Notes: generated from the letters alone by a model not told the origin. Positions 28,378 to 39,367 are shown, numbered from the stretch's first letter. The stretch: 64,000 nt of DNA from an uncultured virus (IMG/VR IMGVR_UViG_3300031555_005587) (IMGVR_UViG_3300031555_005587:1-64000), one strand, 5' to 3'. Made by a program: numbers and translations.

Positions 28378-29277
28378 TTATTTCACCTCAATTTTATCTA
28401 ATCTTTGTGGAAGTAATGAGAAACGCATTACATCTATCAATGAGTATAATTCTAATTCATGTATTACATCATATAGCTCATCTGGAAATGGTTCTGTACG
28501 ATATAACATATCGACAGAAAGATCTAAAAGTTTATAGTCAGTTACAATGGTTACCAGTTTTCTAGTAAATTCTATGTCTTTTTCTCCGGCTATTAATCTT
28601 TCTCGAATTTTCATTTTAATCTCAGTAAGTCTTCTATAAATAGATTCTAAAGATCCAAATTTATTCATTAATTCTAATGCAGTTCTTTCTCCAATTCCAT
28701 GAATGCCAATAATATTATCAGAACGATCCCCTTGTAAAATCTTTAATTCAATCCATTGTTCTGGAGTGAGATTATATTTTTCTCTCATAAAATCTTTATC
28801 AACGAAATCACTATTTCTAGGTGACTGAATAAAAGTATGATCTGTTACAAGTTGATACATATCTTTATCTGAAGAAATAATTATAACATCCATATCATTG
28901 TCTTCACCTAAACGTGAAATCATACCCAATACATCATCAGCTTCATAAAGTTCATTATTCAAAGTTTGAAATCCTAATAGAGCAATTAATTGAGATATGT
29001 ATCTCATTTGATCTATAATATCTTGATCATGTTTTTTACGTTGTGCTTTGTATCCTGGATACATCTTCCTTCTAAATGTACGTTTTCTACTAATATCATT
29101 AGCGAATACAATAAAGTCTGGCTCAAAAGTTTCTTTTAACATTTTTAATTTAAAGAAAAACCCTTTAATTGCATTAACATTGATACCCTTAGAGTTGACT
29201 AAGTGTTGTCCATAATAACTAGCAAATGCCACGTTATTAAAGTCAATTGCTAGTATTAATTTTCTTTTTTCTTCCAT
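28378..29277 (-). CDS. 5'-3' exonuclease / flap endonuclease (Pol I N-terminal or T4 RNase H type)
   Basis: IDFNN, FRRKMYPGYKAQR, YEADDVLG, SSDKDMYQL, GDRSDNIIGIHGIGERTA. Confidence 0.93.
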   Translation of the reverse strand: MEEKRKLILAIDFNNVAFASYYGQHLVNSKGINVNAIKGFFFKLKMLKETFEPDFIVFANDISRKRTFRRKMYPGYKAQRKKHDQDIIDQMRYISQLIALLGFQTLNNELYEADDVLGMISRLGEDNDMDVIIISSDKDMYQLVTDHTFIQSPRNSDFVDKDFMREKYNLTPEQWIELKILQGDRSDNIIGIHGIGERTALELMNKFGSLESIYRRLTEIKMKIRERLIAGEKDIEFTRKLVTIVTDYKLLDLSVDMLYRTEPFPDELYDVIHELELYSLIDVMRFSLLPQRLDKIEVK

Positions 29278-29403
29278 ATTATTTTATCCTTTCTATAAGT
29301 AAGTAAATAATAGTAATTTAGAAACGAGTTTATATTTCGTCCATAATTAATGCGATAATATATAAACAAGATTAGGAGGAGTCAATTGACTCCTCCTAAT
29401 CAA

Positions 29404-30165
29404 TTACTTATAAACTTCTATTTTGAAAGGTAGATGCTTTCCATTTACAGTTATTGATTCGATGGTGTGTTCTAATAATCCGTATGAACCTACCATATTA
29501 TGATTAGGATCGGACATATTACGAGCAATACCTATTGCAGCTACTGGATAAAAATCTGAATCTCTACGATATGATGGTAATAAAATCATTGAAGAAAATT
29601 TTGATACATTACGTTCACTGTTTATCTCATATTGAGGTAAATTATCATTTTTCTTAAACATTCTATTCCATCCAGTTACATATGGACCATATGATTCATA
29701 AACGGTATATCCTGAAATATTTATTGCAATATTATCAAACTCACAACTCATTGGATTATCATTAATATCTGAAATAGAAATAGAAGATCCATCCGAAAGT
29801 ATTGCATATAATCTTCCTATGAAAAGAAAATTACCTTCCACCTCATATTTATCTTTAGAATATTCAAATAATAAAGTTTTTGTGTTAAGATTTTCTTCTT
29901 TATCATAATGAATTTGTAAAATATTTTCAAGATCTTCATTAAATTCTAATTCAGGATACATTGGATGATGAATTTGTTTGTTCAGTAAATAAACCATACG
30001 AAAACTCATAATATCTTCAGCTTTAAAAGTCTTCTTTGGAGTATCTCTTCGCCATATACCATTTATGTTCATCCATTGTTCTGTATCTCTCCATATACCA
30101 TTAATACATGTCTGTGGATTATCTACTTCTCTCCATATGTTATTTATATTGACAGGAACTGACAT
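29404..30165 (-). CDS. Tail fibre-associated protein
   Basis: Three N-terminal xINxIWR repeats typical of fibre segments; same operon as the long fibre gene. Confidence 0.55.
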   Translation of the reverse strand: MSVPVNINNIWREVDNPQTCINGIWRDTEQWMNINGIWRRDTPKKTFKAEDIMSFRMVYLLNKQIHHPMYPELEFNEDLENILQIHYDKEENLNTKTLLFEYSKDKYEVEGNFLFIGRLYAILSDGSSISISDINDNPMSCEFDNIAINISGYTVYESYGPYVTGWNRMFKKNDNLPQYEINSERNVSKFSSMILLPSYRRDSDFYPVAAIGIARNMSDPNHNMVGSYGLLEHTIESITVNGKHLPFKIEVYK

Positions 30166-30180
30166 TTTTAGATACCTCCT

Positions 30181-30585
30181 TTAATTTGAAATATTAGGAG
30201 GTATCCAGTTACCATTTAAATATAATTGATACTCTTCATATGTCAATTGAGCAATATTTATCACATGAATATTTTCAAACTCATCCTGTGAAATAAATCC
30301 TGGCATTTTATCAACTTTTCTAGTTTCAGTTCTACTAGATATAAAAATATTATATCCTTCTGCAATTAGTGTTTTTACATTGGATTCATTTTCATAATTC
30401 ATATATGAATAAAGATGATTAGTTTTGCCAGGATTATTAAATATAGATGTAAGTTCTTTGAGATCCATATAGGAAGGATCTATTTCAATGGATAATGTGT
30501 CTCTTGTAATTCCATTGATTATTCGAGGACCTCCAAGAATGCGAATTACTTCAAGTTGAGTTGAATCATTTAATTCTAAAATCAT
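30181..30585 (-). CDS. Putative tail fibre assembly/accessory protein
   Basis: 134-aa ORF directly downstream of the long fibre gene. Confidence 0.45.
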   Translation of the reverse strand: MILELNDSTQLEVIRILGGPRIINGITRDTLSIEIDPSYMDLKELTSIFNNPGKTNHLYSYMNYENESNVKTLIAEGYNIFISSRTETRKVDKMPGFISQDEFENIHVINIAQLTYEEYQLYLNGNWIPPNISN

Positions 30586-30603
30586 TTTAAACCCCTCCTT
30601 CCT

Positions 30604-33600
30604 TTATGAATAACGGAACCAGATATCACCATTCTGTCCATCGGTAGGTCTTCTATAAGAAATAATAGTATTTCTAATAGCTCTTCTTTCAAGATCAGAA
30701 TGCTTTTTAACTGTTGTATATGCAGGTAATTCAATTTCTTGAACAAGTTTATCTCCATTGATGGATTCATCTTGCATTTTACTCATAGAAATAGATTTAT
30801 CTGCAATCTTTTCTTCTGTTACAGATTCATTTCTAATTTTACTATTATCGATAGCATTATCTAGAATATGAACTGTATTGATCATTTCTTCATTAGCAAG
30901 TTTCTGAGCACCGATTGAAAAATCTTGAATCTTATTACCTTTGATAGAATTCATTTGAATCTTATCATCATTAATACTTTCATTTTCAATCATTTCAGAA
31001 TTAACTTTAACCCAATCAACTTTACCAGTTTCTTTATTCATAGAAATAACTGTATTTGGATCTTCAGAATCCTTGAATAAATCAGGGGTTAAAGTTTCTT
31101 TTTCAACCATTTCTCCAGTTATATTTGTCCATACTGGGTCAGTATTCGCATCAGTAACTGCAAGTACTTTATTAGGTTGCTCACTAGTGAATAATTTCTT
31201 ACCTGTAACTGCACGATCGTTGATATAATCTGTAATTACAGAATCTTCTTTTAGTATTGCACCCTTTTGTTCATTATATCCATATCCAGTGATGTCAATC
31301 ATTGGTTCTGATTCAGGTTCAATTTCTCCAGTAATGATACCACGAATTCTAGATACATCAATAGGAGCAATCTCGTTTTCTTTTACTTCAAAGGAACTAG
31401 AAGCATATGTAACTTCTAATGTTCCGTCAACCATGTCACTGATATCTTTATTAGAAATACTTAGTACTTCATCACCATAGTCAGTGTACATAGATGGATT
31501 ATTTGTAACTACTTGATCATTATTAAGTATAGCATACATTGTATCTTGTGAAATAGGAATAATATAAGAGTAATCAACTCCAGAACCATTTCCACATCCA
31601 CAATTACAAGACGAACCAGAATTTCCTTCAAGAGTAAGATTAATACTACCATCTTCAGTATCTTCAACAGAAACTTCACCATCGATAATAGCACGAATTC
31701 TTTCTGCAGAAATTGGTTCTATAACAATATCACCAATTTGTGTACTTTCAGAAGATTCCTCAACAATTAATTCCTCATCAACGATAGCTTCGAGAATAGA
31801 TTCATCAATACGATCAAATTCAACGTCATTATACGTAAATGATTCATTTGAACTTGCTTCAGTTTCACCTGCAAGTATACTTAGAATGGTTTCATCACTG
31901 ATGTCATCTATGGTGATATTTCTAGTAACACTAGAACTTGAATCATTACCAGAATCTCCAGTACCTGGTGAACCACCGCTATTCAATCCACCATAACAAG
32001 GAATTCTTGATTGTAGATTAGAATTGAATTTTGCCAAATGCTCGATAATTCTATCAATAACCCACTGACAGTCCGGTATTAATTCACCATCACCATTATC
32101 ATCACTTGCTTGTGGTGCTGGACGAACTTCTACTTTCGGTGAACCAAGTAATTCAATACTTCTTACCAGCTTATCTCTGGTAATAGAAGCATTTTCAATC
32201 ATGTCCTCGACTACTTTCATATATTGAGGAGCTGAACCGGCTTCACTTACTCCAAGAATTACATTAGATACTTCCGAAGATTTAAGTTTAGATATATCTA
32301 TTAATCCATCTGGTAAAATTACTTCTCCTTCATGAGAATAATTACCCATCATAGATTTAATAGTTTTTCGCACCCAAGCAGTATCAGGAATAGAATTATC
32401 ATTTGAATATTCGGCTGGTCTATCGGCAATTCGTGTATTACCATAAAATAGTAAATCGTGTTTTAATTTAGAATGACCAATAGATCCATCTTCAATAAAC
32501 TCTTCCGTGATCTGAATAAAATCAGGTACATCTCCAATATTAACAGAACCTAATACTCTGAAAGGTCTTTCACTTCTGAATATTTTTTCACCAGTAACAG
32601 ACATATCTTCGATCATATCTGTTTGAATTTGCATCCATTTTATTTGATCACTATCTTTTCCGATACCAATAATTCTACTCTTTATATCAGGAATTGCTAA
32701 TTTGCTTATTTCTATTGAATGATCGGCAATATGTTCATTAATAATAACCTCTGGTAGAATATGCGTAGAATCAATTATCTGCTTTGCTAAATATTTAGAG
32801 GTGATAGATTCATCTTTAATGTTAGAAATGTCAAACTTAACATCTTCTCCTAACATTTTAGAAGTAATCTTCATATATTTAGCAGGTGTATTAGCATCTT
32901 CAACAGCAAGTACCATATCAGAGATACTACTACTAAATATCTTCTCACCAGTAACGGAATAATCCTCGATGAAATCTGTAGTAAGTTTCATCCATTTTGG
33001 AGTTCTATTAATTAAATCAAAACCCAAAATAGATTTATTGATATCAGGAATTGCTAGTTTTTCTTCAGTTATGGATTCATCAATAATAGCATCAGTTCCA
33101 ACAGAAGCTGTAGCCATCATTTCTCTTGTGATCTGAGAATATTGAGGGTGTCCACCATCTGGACCAACAGCTAGTACTCTATTAGGGATTTCAGATTTAA
33201 AAATCTTTTCACTAGTTACAGAAGATTCTTCAAGAGCTAATGTAGAAACAGAATCTTTATCGAGAACTCTTTTAGATACTGATCTATTCGCTAATTTTTC
33301 TTCAGTAACTGCATTAGATTTAATATTGTGGGAATCTACAGATTCATCATCCAACATATCTGAATTAATTCTGCCCCAGTAAGCATCTCCATTAACTTCA
33401 GTAACTATTAAAGCTCTATTTTTCAATGGAGAAGAAAAAAGATGTTCTCCGCTTACTGAATGCGGAGCAATATTTTTTCCAGTAATAGTAATATTGCTGA
33501 ATAACTTACGAACCCATGATGTATCAGGAATACTGTTATCATCAGATTCTAATACAGGAGATTCATTTAATTTAACATTACGCAATACTGCATATTGAGC

Positions 33601-35121
33601 AATCTTATCTCCAGTAACTGCATTTTCTCTGATGTTATTTGTATCAACTGCAGTATCTGCAATTTTTTCATGAGTTACTGATTTATCTGATAATTTGGAT
33701 GTAGATATAGCATTATCAGCAATCATCTCATTAATTACTTGCATCCACTCTGCATCTGATCCAGCTTCTTTTACAGCTAAAATCCTATTAGATATTTCAG
33801 ATGTAAATAATACTCTACCTGTAAGTGTATGAGTTTCAATATTAGAATCTTTAATAGTTCCATCTGCAATCTTTTCTGTTGTAATAGATCCATCAGCATA
33901 GTTGATGGTAGTAATTGTTAAATCAGCTATCTTATTACCAGTAATAGATTTATCGGCATACACAGAATTACCTAAAGAATTATCTAATATCTCATTAGAA
34001 GTAATGCTCTTTGGAATAATTGAAGCACTTATAAGATTTGCATCTTTATTTACTTCAATTTTGATATGGGTTCCAATTGTACCTATATATTTCTGAACTA
34101 GATTCTGAATACTGATACGCTTAGAAGATCCATTTAATTCAGTAATAACCAATTCATTAGTTTCCTGATCTACAGTAATTTCATCAACTAAACCATCAGT
34201 AACAATTGGAATAGATACGACTGAAGTATCATTAAAAGATATCAATAATCTACCTTTTGTTTGATCATAATTGATATCAATTACATATTTCAAGTCACCA
34301 TATAAACCACTAATTCCAGAAATTAATGCATTTAAATTATCTAATGCATTCTTAGTTGCTCTAGAAATAGGTTTATCAATATCGGAAGTATTATCTACAT
34401 TACTTAACCCAATCTGATCTTTAGTTACTTCATGTGGATTATTTTTATCAAGAGTATGATTTTCAAAAGTAACTAAATCTACTGCACCAATCTGTTTAGC
34501 TGTTACATGATGAGGATTTTCATAATCAGATATATGTTTAGTAATATTAACTCCGAATTGAGTAGAATCAATTTCTGTTATTATATTAGACATTTCTTTT
34601 CTAATATCAGAAATTAATTTTGTTATCGCAGCTTGAGAAACAATACCTGTTTCATCATCGCCTAATTCATTATATATTTCTGGCCTACCAACAATTGCAG
34701 TCCATAGTAATTTGGTCGTGTCATCACCAGTAGCATTTCCATTATTATCTACAAAGCCATATTTACGAAGTAATTCACCTACAGCTTTTTCTGTTGGAAT
34801 TCTATCACTTCGTTGAGAAGCTTCATCGTATGGAATTTTAGTACTAATTTGAATAGATCCAATAGCACCAGCTGCTCCACCATAAGTTACTAAATTATCA
34901 GCTGATTTAGCAGGGATAAGAGGTTGACGTCCATTCAAATCAGAATTAATTTGTTCTAATACTTCTGCTAATGTAGGACTATCCTCATCGTACATATCCT
35001 GTCGTACAGCTTTAAATACAGTAATAGGAAATGTGTTCTTATAATTTAGATTAGGTGGAGGAGTGGCGTTGGGATCTATCCACACACGTGATTGAATAAT
35101 TTCATGTCCTATTAGTCCCAT
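30604..35121 (-). CDS. Long tail fibre-like protein (1505 aa)
   Basis: NPHHVTAKQIG, NPHEVTKDQIGLSNVDNTSDIDKPIS, many (S/A)VTxxK(I/L)xD repeats, recurrent IPDxxWV, C-terminal PTDGQNGDIWFRY. Confidence 0.8.
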   Translation of the reverse strand: MGLIGHEIIQSRVWIDPNATPPPNLNYKNTFPITVFKAVRQDMYDEDSPTLAEVLEQINSDLNGRQPLIPAKSADNLVTYGGAAGAIGSIQISTKIPYDEASQRSDRIPTEKAVGELLRKYGFVDNNGNATGDDTTKLLWTAIVGRPEIYNELGDDETGIVSQAAITKLISDIRKEMSNIITEIDSTQFGVNITKHISDYENPHHVTAKQIGAVDLVTFENHTLDKNNPHEVTKDQIGLSNVDNTSDIDKPISRATKNALDNLNALISGISGLYGDLKYVIDINYDQTKGRLLISFNDTSVVSIPIVTDGLVDEITVDQETNELVITELNGSSKRISIQNLVQKYIGTIGTHIKIEVNKDANLISASIIPKSITSNEILDNSLGNSVYADKSITGNKIADLTITTINYADGSITTEKIADGTIKDSNIETHTLTGRVLFTSEISNRILAVKEAGSDAEWMQVINEMIADNAISTSKLSDKSVTHEKIADTAVDTNNIRENAVTGDKIAQYAVLRNVKLNESPVLESDDNSIPDTSWVRKLFSNITITGKNIAPHSVSGEHLFSSPLKNRALIVTEVNGDAYWGRINSDMLDDESVDSHNIKSNAVTEEKLANRSVSKRVLDKDSVSTLALEESSVTSEKIFKSEIPNRVLAVGPDGGHPQYSQITREMMATASVGTDAIIDESITEEKLAIPDINKSILGFDLINRTPKWMKLTTDFIEDYSVTGEKIFSSSISDMVLAVEDANTPAKYMKITSKMLGEDVKFDISNIKDESITSKYLAKQIIDSTHILPEVIINEHIADHSIEISKLAIPDIKSRIIGIGKDSDQIKWMQIQTDMIEDMSVTGEKIFRSERPFRVLGSVNIGDVPDFIQITEEFIEDGSIGHSKLKHDLLFYGNTRIADRPAEYSNDNSIPDTAWVRKTIKSMMGNYSHEGEVILPDGLIDISKLKSSEVSNVILGVSEAGSAPQYMKVVEDMIENASITRDKLVRSIELLGSPKVEVRPAPQASDDNGDGELIPDCQWVIDRIIEHLAKFNSNLQSRIPCYGGLNSGGSPGTGDSGNDSSSSVTRNITIDDISDETILSILAGETEASSNESFTYNDVEFDRIDESILEAIVDEELIVEESSESTQIGDIVIEPISAERIRAIIDGEVSVEDTEDGSINLTLEGNSGSSCNCGCGNGSGVDYSYIIPISQDTMYAILNNDQVVTNNPSMYTDYGDEVLSISNKDISDMVDGTLEVTYASSSFEVKENEIAPIDVSRIRGIITGEIEPESEPMIDITGYGYNEQKGAILKEDSVITDYINDRAVTGKKLFTSEQPNKVLAVTDANTDPVWTNITGEMVEKETLTPDLFKDSEDPNTVISMNKETGKVDWVKVNSEMIENESINDDKIQMNSIKGNKIQDFSIGAQKLANEEMINTVHILDNAIDNSKIRNESVTEEKIADKSISMSKMQDESINGDKLVQEIELPAYTTVKKHSDLERRAIRNTIISYRRPTDGQNGDIWFRYS

Positions 35122-35243
35122 TTTGTAATCACTCCTTCTTTATAAACTGTGATATCTTTAAAGAAGGGTTGCTCACGAATACTGAACCAAGACCATTCTT
35201 TAAAGATATGCTTGGAGTATACAAGTAAACTAAATAAAGGAGG

Positions 35244-35834
35244 ATGGCAGAAATGAGCAATAATGTATATCAATTTCTTGATGATCTTGGAACACAAGAA
35301 TTCATCGATGTTGTAAAAGAAATCGCTGAAGAAAATTTGGAAAAATCCATATGTACAGATATAGATTCTGAAAGTACGGATAATGAAATGCCTAGTGCTA
35401 AAAGTGTATTATCATTGATAGATCAGGTTATTAATGTCATTAATAATACGACTGGAGAAATTTCAGATGTCAAAAAATCTTTACAAGATGCATGTGGATA
35501 CTGTGGTATAACAGTTGCTGGTATTGGTGCTTCTAGTATTATGGAACATCTTAAGTTCAGTTTTATTACTGGTGATATCAATACATTAGTGACTAATCCG
35601 GATAGTTCAATATTATATTTCCAACATGATTCAGAAGATGATAATACATGGACAATGTATATTTACAAAGATAAATGGTTAGCTGTAGGAGAAACTAAAT
35701 ATGATCTTCTGAATTACTGGAGTAAAGATAATGATGAAATACTACAGGAAGTATATAATCGTGTAATTGGATCTATTGCATCGAATAATATAAAAACAAA
35801 AGCAACTTCAGCATATACTAAGATCGTTAAATAA
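35244..35834 (+). CDS. Fibre/decoration-like protein, paralog family member 1
   Basis: Shares FLDxxG, HLxFxxxTGDI, YxQHD, TWxMY and DLxxYWSK with the next two genes. Confidence 0.6.
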   Translation: MAEMSNNVYQFLDDLGTQEFIDVVKEIAEENLEKSICTDIDSESTDNEMPSAKSVLSLIDQVINVINNTTGEISDVKKSLQDACGYCGITVAGIGASSIMEHLKFSFITGDINTLVTNPDSSILYFQHDSEDDNTWTMYIYKDKWLAVGETKYDLLNYWSKDNDEILQEVYNRVIGSIASNNIKTKATSAYTKIVK

Positions 35835-35910
35835 CAAAGGTGAAATAGTAGGACGAGGCAATTGCCTCGTCCTACTACCTCTATATCTTTATTATATATC
35901 GGAGGATATA

Positions 35911-36774
35911 TTAGTCAAGATAAGCGTTGTCGCCAGTGTAAGGATCAGTGTTAGCAAATGCAGTAGCAACAGCAGAGCTGATGGTATCTTCTGCAATAGC
36001 TTCCATGATCAAGTTCTTCAACTCGTTAACGCTTGCATCGCTCTTATCCCAGTAATTGGACAAGGAGATGGAAGTGTCACCAACACAAAGCCATTCGTAA
36101 GTATCTTCACCAGTCTTGTTGTAGATGTAAAGGTTGTAAGTAGTGTCTTCAACCTGAGCAACGTTTGCATAGATTGCATCGTCATCAGCTACAACATCAG
36201 TAGTTACAGTACCGTCTACAACCTTGTATACAACACCAGTATCAGGATCTACGTAAGCTTCGTATCCATCACTAGCAGCATGAGAACCATCTGCAGCCAA
36301 CAGGAAACCATCGTTACCTACAGAGTAGCTAGGTTCATCATGCTGAAGATAGATCACGTCAGTCTTAGCTTCACCAGCAGGTACCTGAGTTTCGATGTCA
36401 CCAGTTACTACCTGATAAGTCAAGTGAGTAAGAGCAGAGATTTCAGTACGAACCTTTGCAATTTCACCATATACAGTAGCAGTAGTAGCACCGTCAGCTG
36501 CAGTACCAATTGCATTCTTAAGAGCCTTAACCTTGTCAAGTACAGTATTACCAGTACCGTCAATAGTAGTATCGAAGTTATCGATATTACCAATCAAGCC
36601 AAGCAATACCTTTGCAGCAAGAACGTGATTGTCATCATTGTATGCATCAGCAGTGATGCCTACAGTAGAATCAATGATACGTTCCTTGATACGAGAGTTA
36701 GCTCCACGCAGGATATAAGTCGCTAGTGCCTGCACACCAGATTCATCGAGGAAATTGAATTTTTCAACTGCCAT
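35911..36774 (-). CDS. Fibre/decoration-like protein, paralog family member 2 (high-expression codon bias)
   Basis: FNFLDESGVQAL...HLTYQVVTGDI...IYLQHD...WLCVGDTSISLSNYWDK. Confidence 0.65.
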   Translation of the reverse strand: MAVEKFNFLDESGVQALATYILRGANSRIKERIIDSTVGITADAYNDDNHVLAAKVLLGLIGNIDNFDTTIDGTGNTVLDKVKALKNAIGTAADGATTATVYGEIAKVRTEISALTHLTYQVVTGDIETQVPAGEAKTDVIYLQHDEPSYSVGNDGFLLAADGSHAASDGYEAYVDPDTGVVYKVVDGTVTTDVVADDDAIYANVAQVEDTTYNLYIYNKTGEDTYEWLCVGDTSISLSNYWDKSDASVNELKNLIMEAIAEDTISSAVATAFANTDPYTGDNAYLD

Positions 36775-36860
36775 AATTGAGTCATCCTTTCTATTCTTTT
36801 TATAGTTTTGAGATTTGTTATAATGGATATTCCACTATTACATTATTTGTTATTCTGTAA

Positions 36861-37655
36861 TTATTCTGTAGTAACCGTAGAAGTATACTCTACGTTAATA
36901 GTAGCATCTTCCTTAGGCATTACACCACTAATTACAGTTTGAGTAGTTGTGTAACCATCAACTACTGGGGATTCAACTTCATAGTCTTCACCAGAAGTTA
37001 CCTTAGCTGAATATGCTTCAGCAACAGAATTTCCTTCAGTATCAACATAGTTAATAGTTAAAGTGAACTGAGATGGGAATGCATCTGTTTTAAGCATAGC
37101 TTCATCAAGAATTGCAGTAAGTTCATCAGCTTCAATACCATTGAGATCTTCAGAACTTACTTTACCACCTACAACTTCAGCCAAAGCTTCGATGTCACTA
37201 GTAATTGTATCAATTCCAAGTGCAACACGGAGCTCAGCGATGTCTCCTTCTGATTTGGACCAGTAACCACTTAGATCAATATCAGTATTACCAAGGCAGA
37301 ACCAACTACCAGTAGTTTCTTCTTCAGTAGTATCTGTGATCCAAACGTACATCATCCAAGTTGTATCTTCTTCAGAGTCACGCTGTAGATATATGAAATT
37401 ACTAGATCTTTCAGCTTCAGGAACCTGAACATCAATATCTCCAGTGACAGTTTTAAAGCTAGTATGTTTGCTATTCTGAATAGCTTTATACACAGCTAAT
37501 GCACTAGGAGTATGATTATCATCACTAGAAGCATTTACTTCAGTAACAATACGTTCTGCAATCTTAGTATTGACACTCTGTAAGATGCCTTTAGTAAGTT
37601 CTTTCACACCTGCACGATCTAGAAATTCATATTTCATAATTTCATTGATATCCAT
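36861..37655 (-). CDS. Fibre/decoration-like protein, paralog family member 3, with C-terminal MucBP-like domain
   Basis: Paralog motifs plus FTLTINYVDTEGNSVAEAY...GEDYEVESPVVDGYT....ISGVMPKEDATINVEY. Confidence 0.7.
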   Translation of the reverse strand: MDINEIMKYEFLDRAGVKELTKGILQSVNTKIAERIVTEVNASSDDNHTPSALAVYKAIQNSKHTSFKTVTGDIDVQVPEAERSSNFIYLQRDSEEDTTWMMYVWITDTTEEETTGSWFCLGNTDIDLSGYWSKSEGDIAELRVALGIDTITSDIEALAEVVGGKVSSEDLNGIEADELTAILDEAMLKTDAFPSQFTLTINYVDTEGNSVAEAYSAKVTSGEDYEVESPVVDGYTTTQTVISGVMPKEDATINVEYTSTVTTE

Positions 37656-37703
37656 ACTTTTTACCCTCCTTCTTTCAGATTTATAGACTTGTTTCGTCTA
37701 CAT

Positions 37704-37847
37704 TTATTCTTCTAATAAGGAGGTATCTTCTTCAATATTTTCAGATTTTATGAATCGTTCATCAATTCTTGTATTTATTGCTTTAAACATCTCTTCAGCA
37801 AATTTTTGGATTTCTTCCACAGTCATGAGTTTCATAATATCATCCAT
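37704..37847 (-). CDS. 47-aa mini-paralog of the N-terminal helix of 36861..37655
   Basis: MDDIMKLMTVEEIQKFAEEMFKAINTRIDERFIKSENIEEDTSLLEE versus MDINEIMK...ILQSVNTKIAERIV; RBS GGGAGAGG. Confidence 0.55.
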   Translation of the reverse strand: MDDIMKLMTVEEIQKFAEEMFKAINTRIDERFIKSENIEEDTSLLEE

Positions 37848-37876
37848 ATGAATATTATCCCTCCCTAAATAAAAGC

Positions 37877-39307
37877 TTACTCTTCAAATGAATCTCCCGT
37901 ATCTTCATCCAGGCTTTCAAGCATTTCACTTATCCAATCATGAGAAATCGGAGCAATTACTTCTTCTAATGTTTCTGTGACTGAATCAGAAATCTCTTCA
38001 TCAATAGAATCATCGAATTTCTTTAATTCTTCAACTTCTTTTTGCAATTCATCAATTTTCTTTAATAAAGCTTTAATAAACTTAGCTTTACTAGGAGGAA
38101 TATTTGGTTTGATTGGAGGTTTTGTAGGCTTCTCAGGAAGTTCTGGAATCTCAGGATTTACTGTCTCTCCGCTTTCAGGATGTAAATCTTTAATCACAGA
38201 GACAAGTGTCTGAATACTTTCATTCAACTGATTGATGACTGTATTCTGTTCATAATCCATTTTGTTAATTCCAGATTGATTGTTCTGAGGATTACAATTA
38301 CAAGAAGTATTTCCTTGAGTTTGATAATATGGAGATTTCAAAGCTTCTGCTATATAAGAGGAATCATTTACTACAATAATGTCATTCTTCCATATAGAGA
38401 ATTTGAAAATAATTCTATGACCAGGATTGATTAAAAATGTTCTGTTCACATGAATAGTTCCACATGCCATTGCAAGTGTTTTAGTTCCCTTATGATTGAT
38501 TTCTTCTAAATGAAGAATCATATCTTTATTTTCTTCGTCATAATGGTAGAATCTATTAAAGAAAGTCCATGTAGGAGGACAAAAACTTCTTTGGAAAGAT
38601 TCATCAAACGAATGTCTTGTTTGAACCTGTTGGTGATAATTGTAAATATCAGATTCACAACCATAAAAATATTCAACCATTTTAGGATCGTAGATCATAC
38701 TCTGTTTAACTCTAGGAGTTTTTGGATCATTTTTAACACATTCATAGAACATCTGAATTGATGTAATACGAAGCATCATCGGTTCAGTACCATGAGTAAA
38801 TTGATCAATAGTTGAAACCATTGAATTACAGAAGTTTACAACAATAGCATTGTCATTAATATCACTCTGGTTAATAGCCATGAAATAATTGCGTTCAGGA
38901 ATCCTGATTGTTTCAATTGCAGAACGAAGAACTTGACCAGTTCTCTTATTTTCTAACTGATAATTTACTCTCAACATTATACCTTTACGAAACACAGGTA
39001 ACTGATGTTCAAGCATATCATAATTATTTTTAATAAGAGTAATCAAATCATTCTGTTTTGTCATATTACCAATGATATTGAGACCACCATCAGAAGCACG
39101 TTTTCCAATATCGTCAATACTAATATCAACAATAGTTCTCATACATTCAGATTGATCAATAAAGATTTCACTCTTAATGATGGAACTATCTATTTGTTGA
39201 AAAGATCTTTGATCTAGGTACTCTGCTACAAGATAAGGAATCCCATTTAAATTGAGATATGCATTTGTATGTACAGAATTCTGATCACAACACGTACAGT
39301 TGTTCAT
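37877..39307 (-). CDS. Hypothetical, probably virion-associated protein
   Basis: 476 aa, Pro-rich linker and coiled coil near the C-terminus; structural-gene context. Confidence 0.55.
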   Translation of the reverse strand: MNNCTCCDQNSVHTNAYLNLNGIPYLVAEYLDQRSFQQIDSSIIKSEIFIDQSECMRTIVDISIDDIGKRASDGGLNIIGNMTKQNDLITLIKNNYDMLEHQLPVFRKGIMLRVNYQLENKRTGQVLRSAIETIRIPERNYFMAINQSDINDNAIVVNFCNSMVSTIDQFTHGTEPMMLRITSIQMFYECVKNDPKTPRVKQSMIYDPKMVEYFYGCESDIYNYHQQVQTRHSFDESFQRSFCPPTWTFFNRFYHYDEENKDMILHLEEINHKGTKTLAMACGTIHVNRTFLINPGHRIIFKFSIWKNDIIVVNDSSYIAEALKSPYYQTQGNTSCNCNPQNNQSGINKMDYEQNTVINQLNESIQTLVSVIKDLHPESGETVNPEIPELPEKPTKPPIKPNIPPSKAKFIKALLKKIDELQKEVEELKKFDDSIDEEISDSVTETLEEVIAPISHDWISEMLESLDEDTGDSFEE

Positions 39308-39367
39308 ATCTATATCTCCTTTCTTAAAATAAATTGGAATTCAATGTTATCCATTACTGATCTGTTT

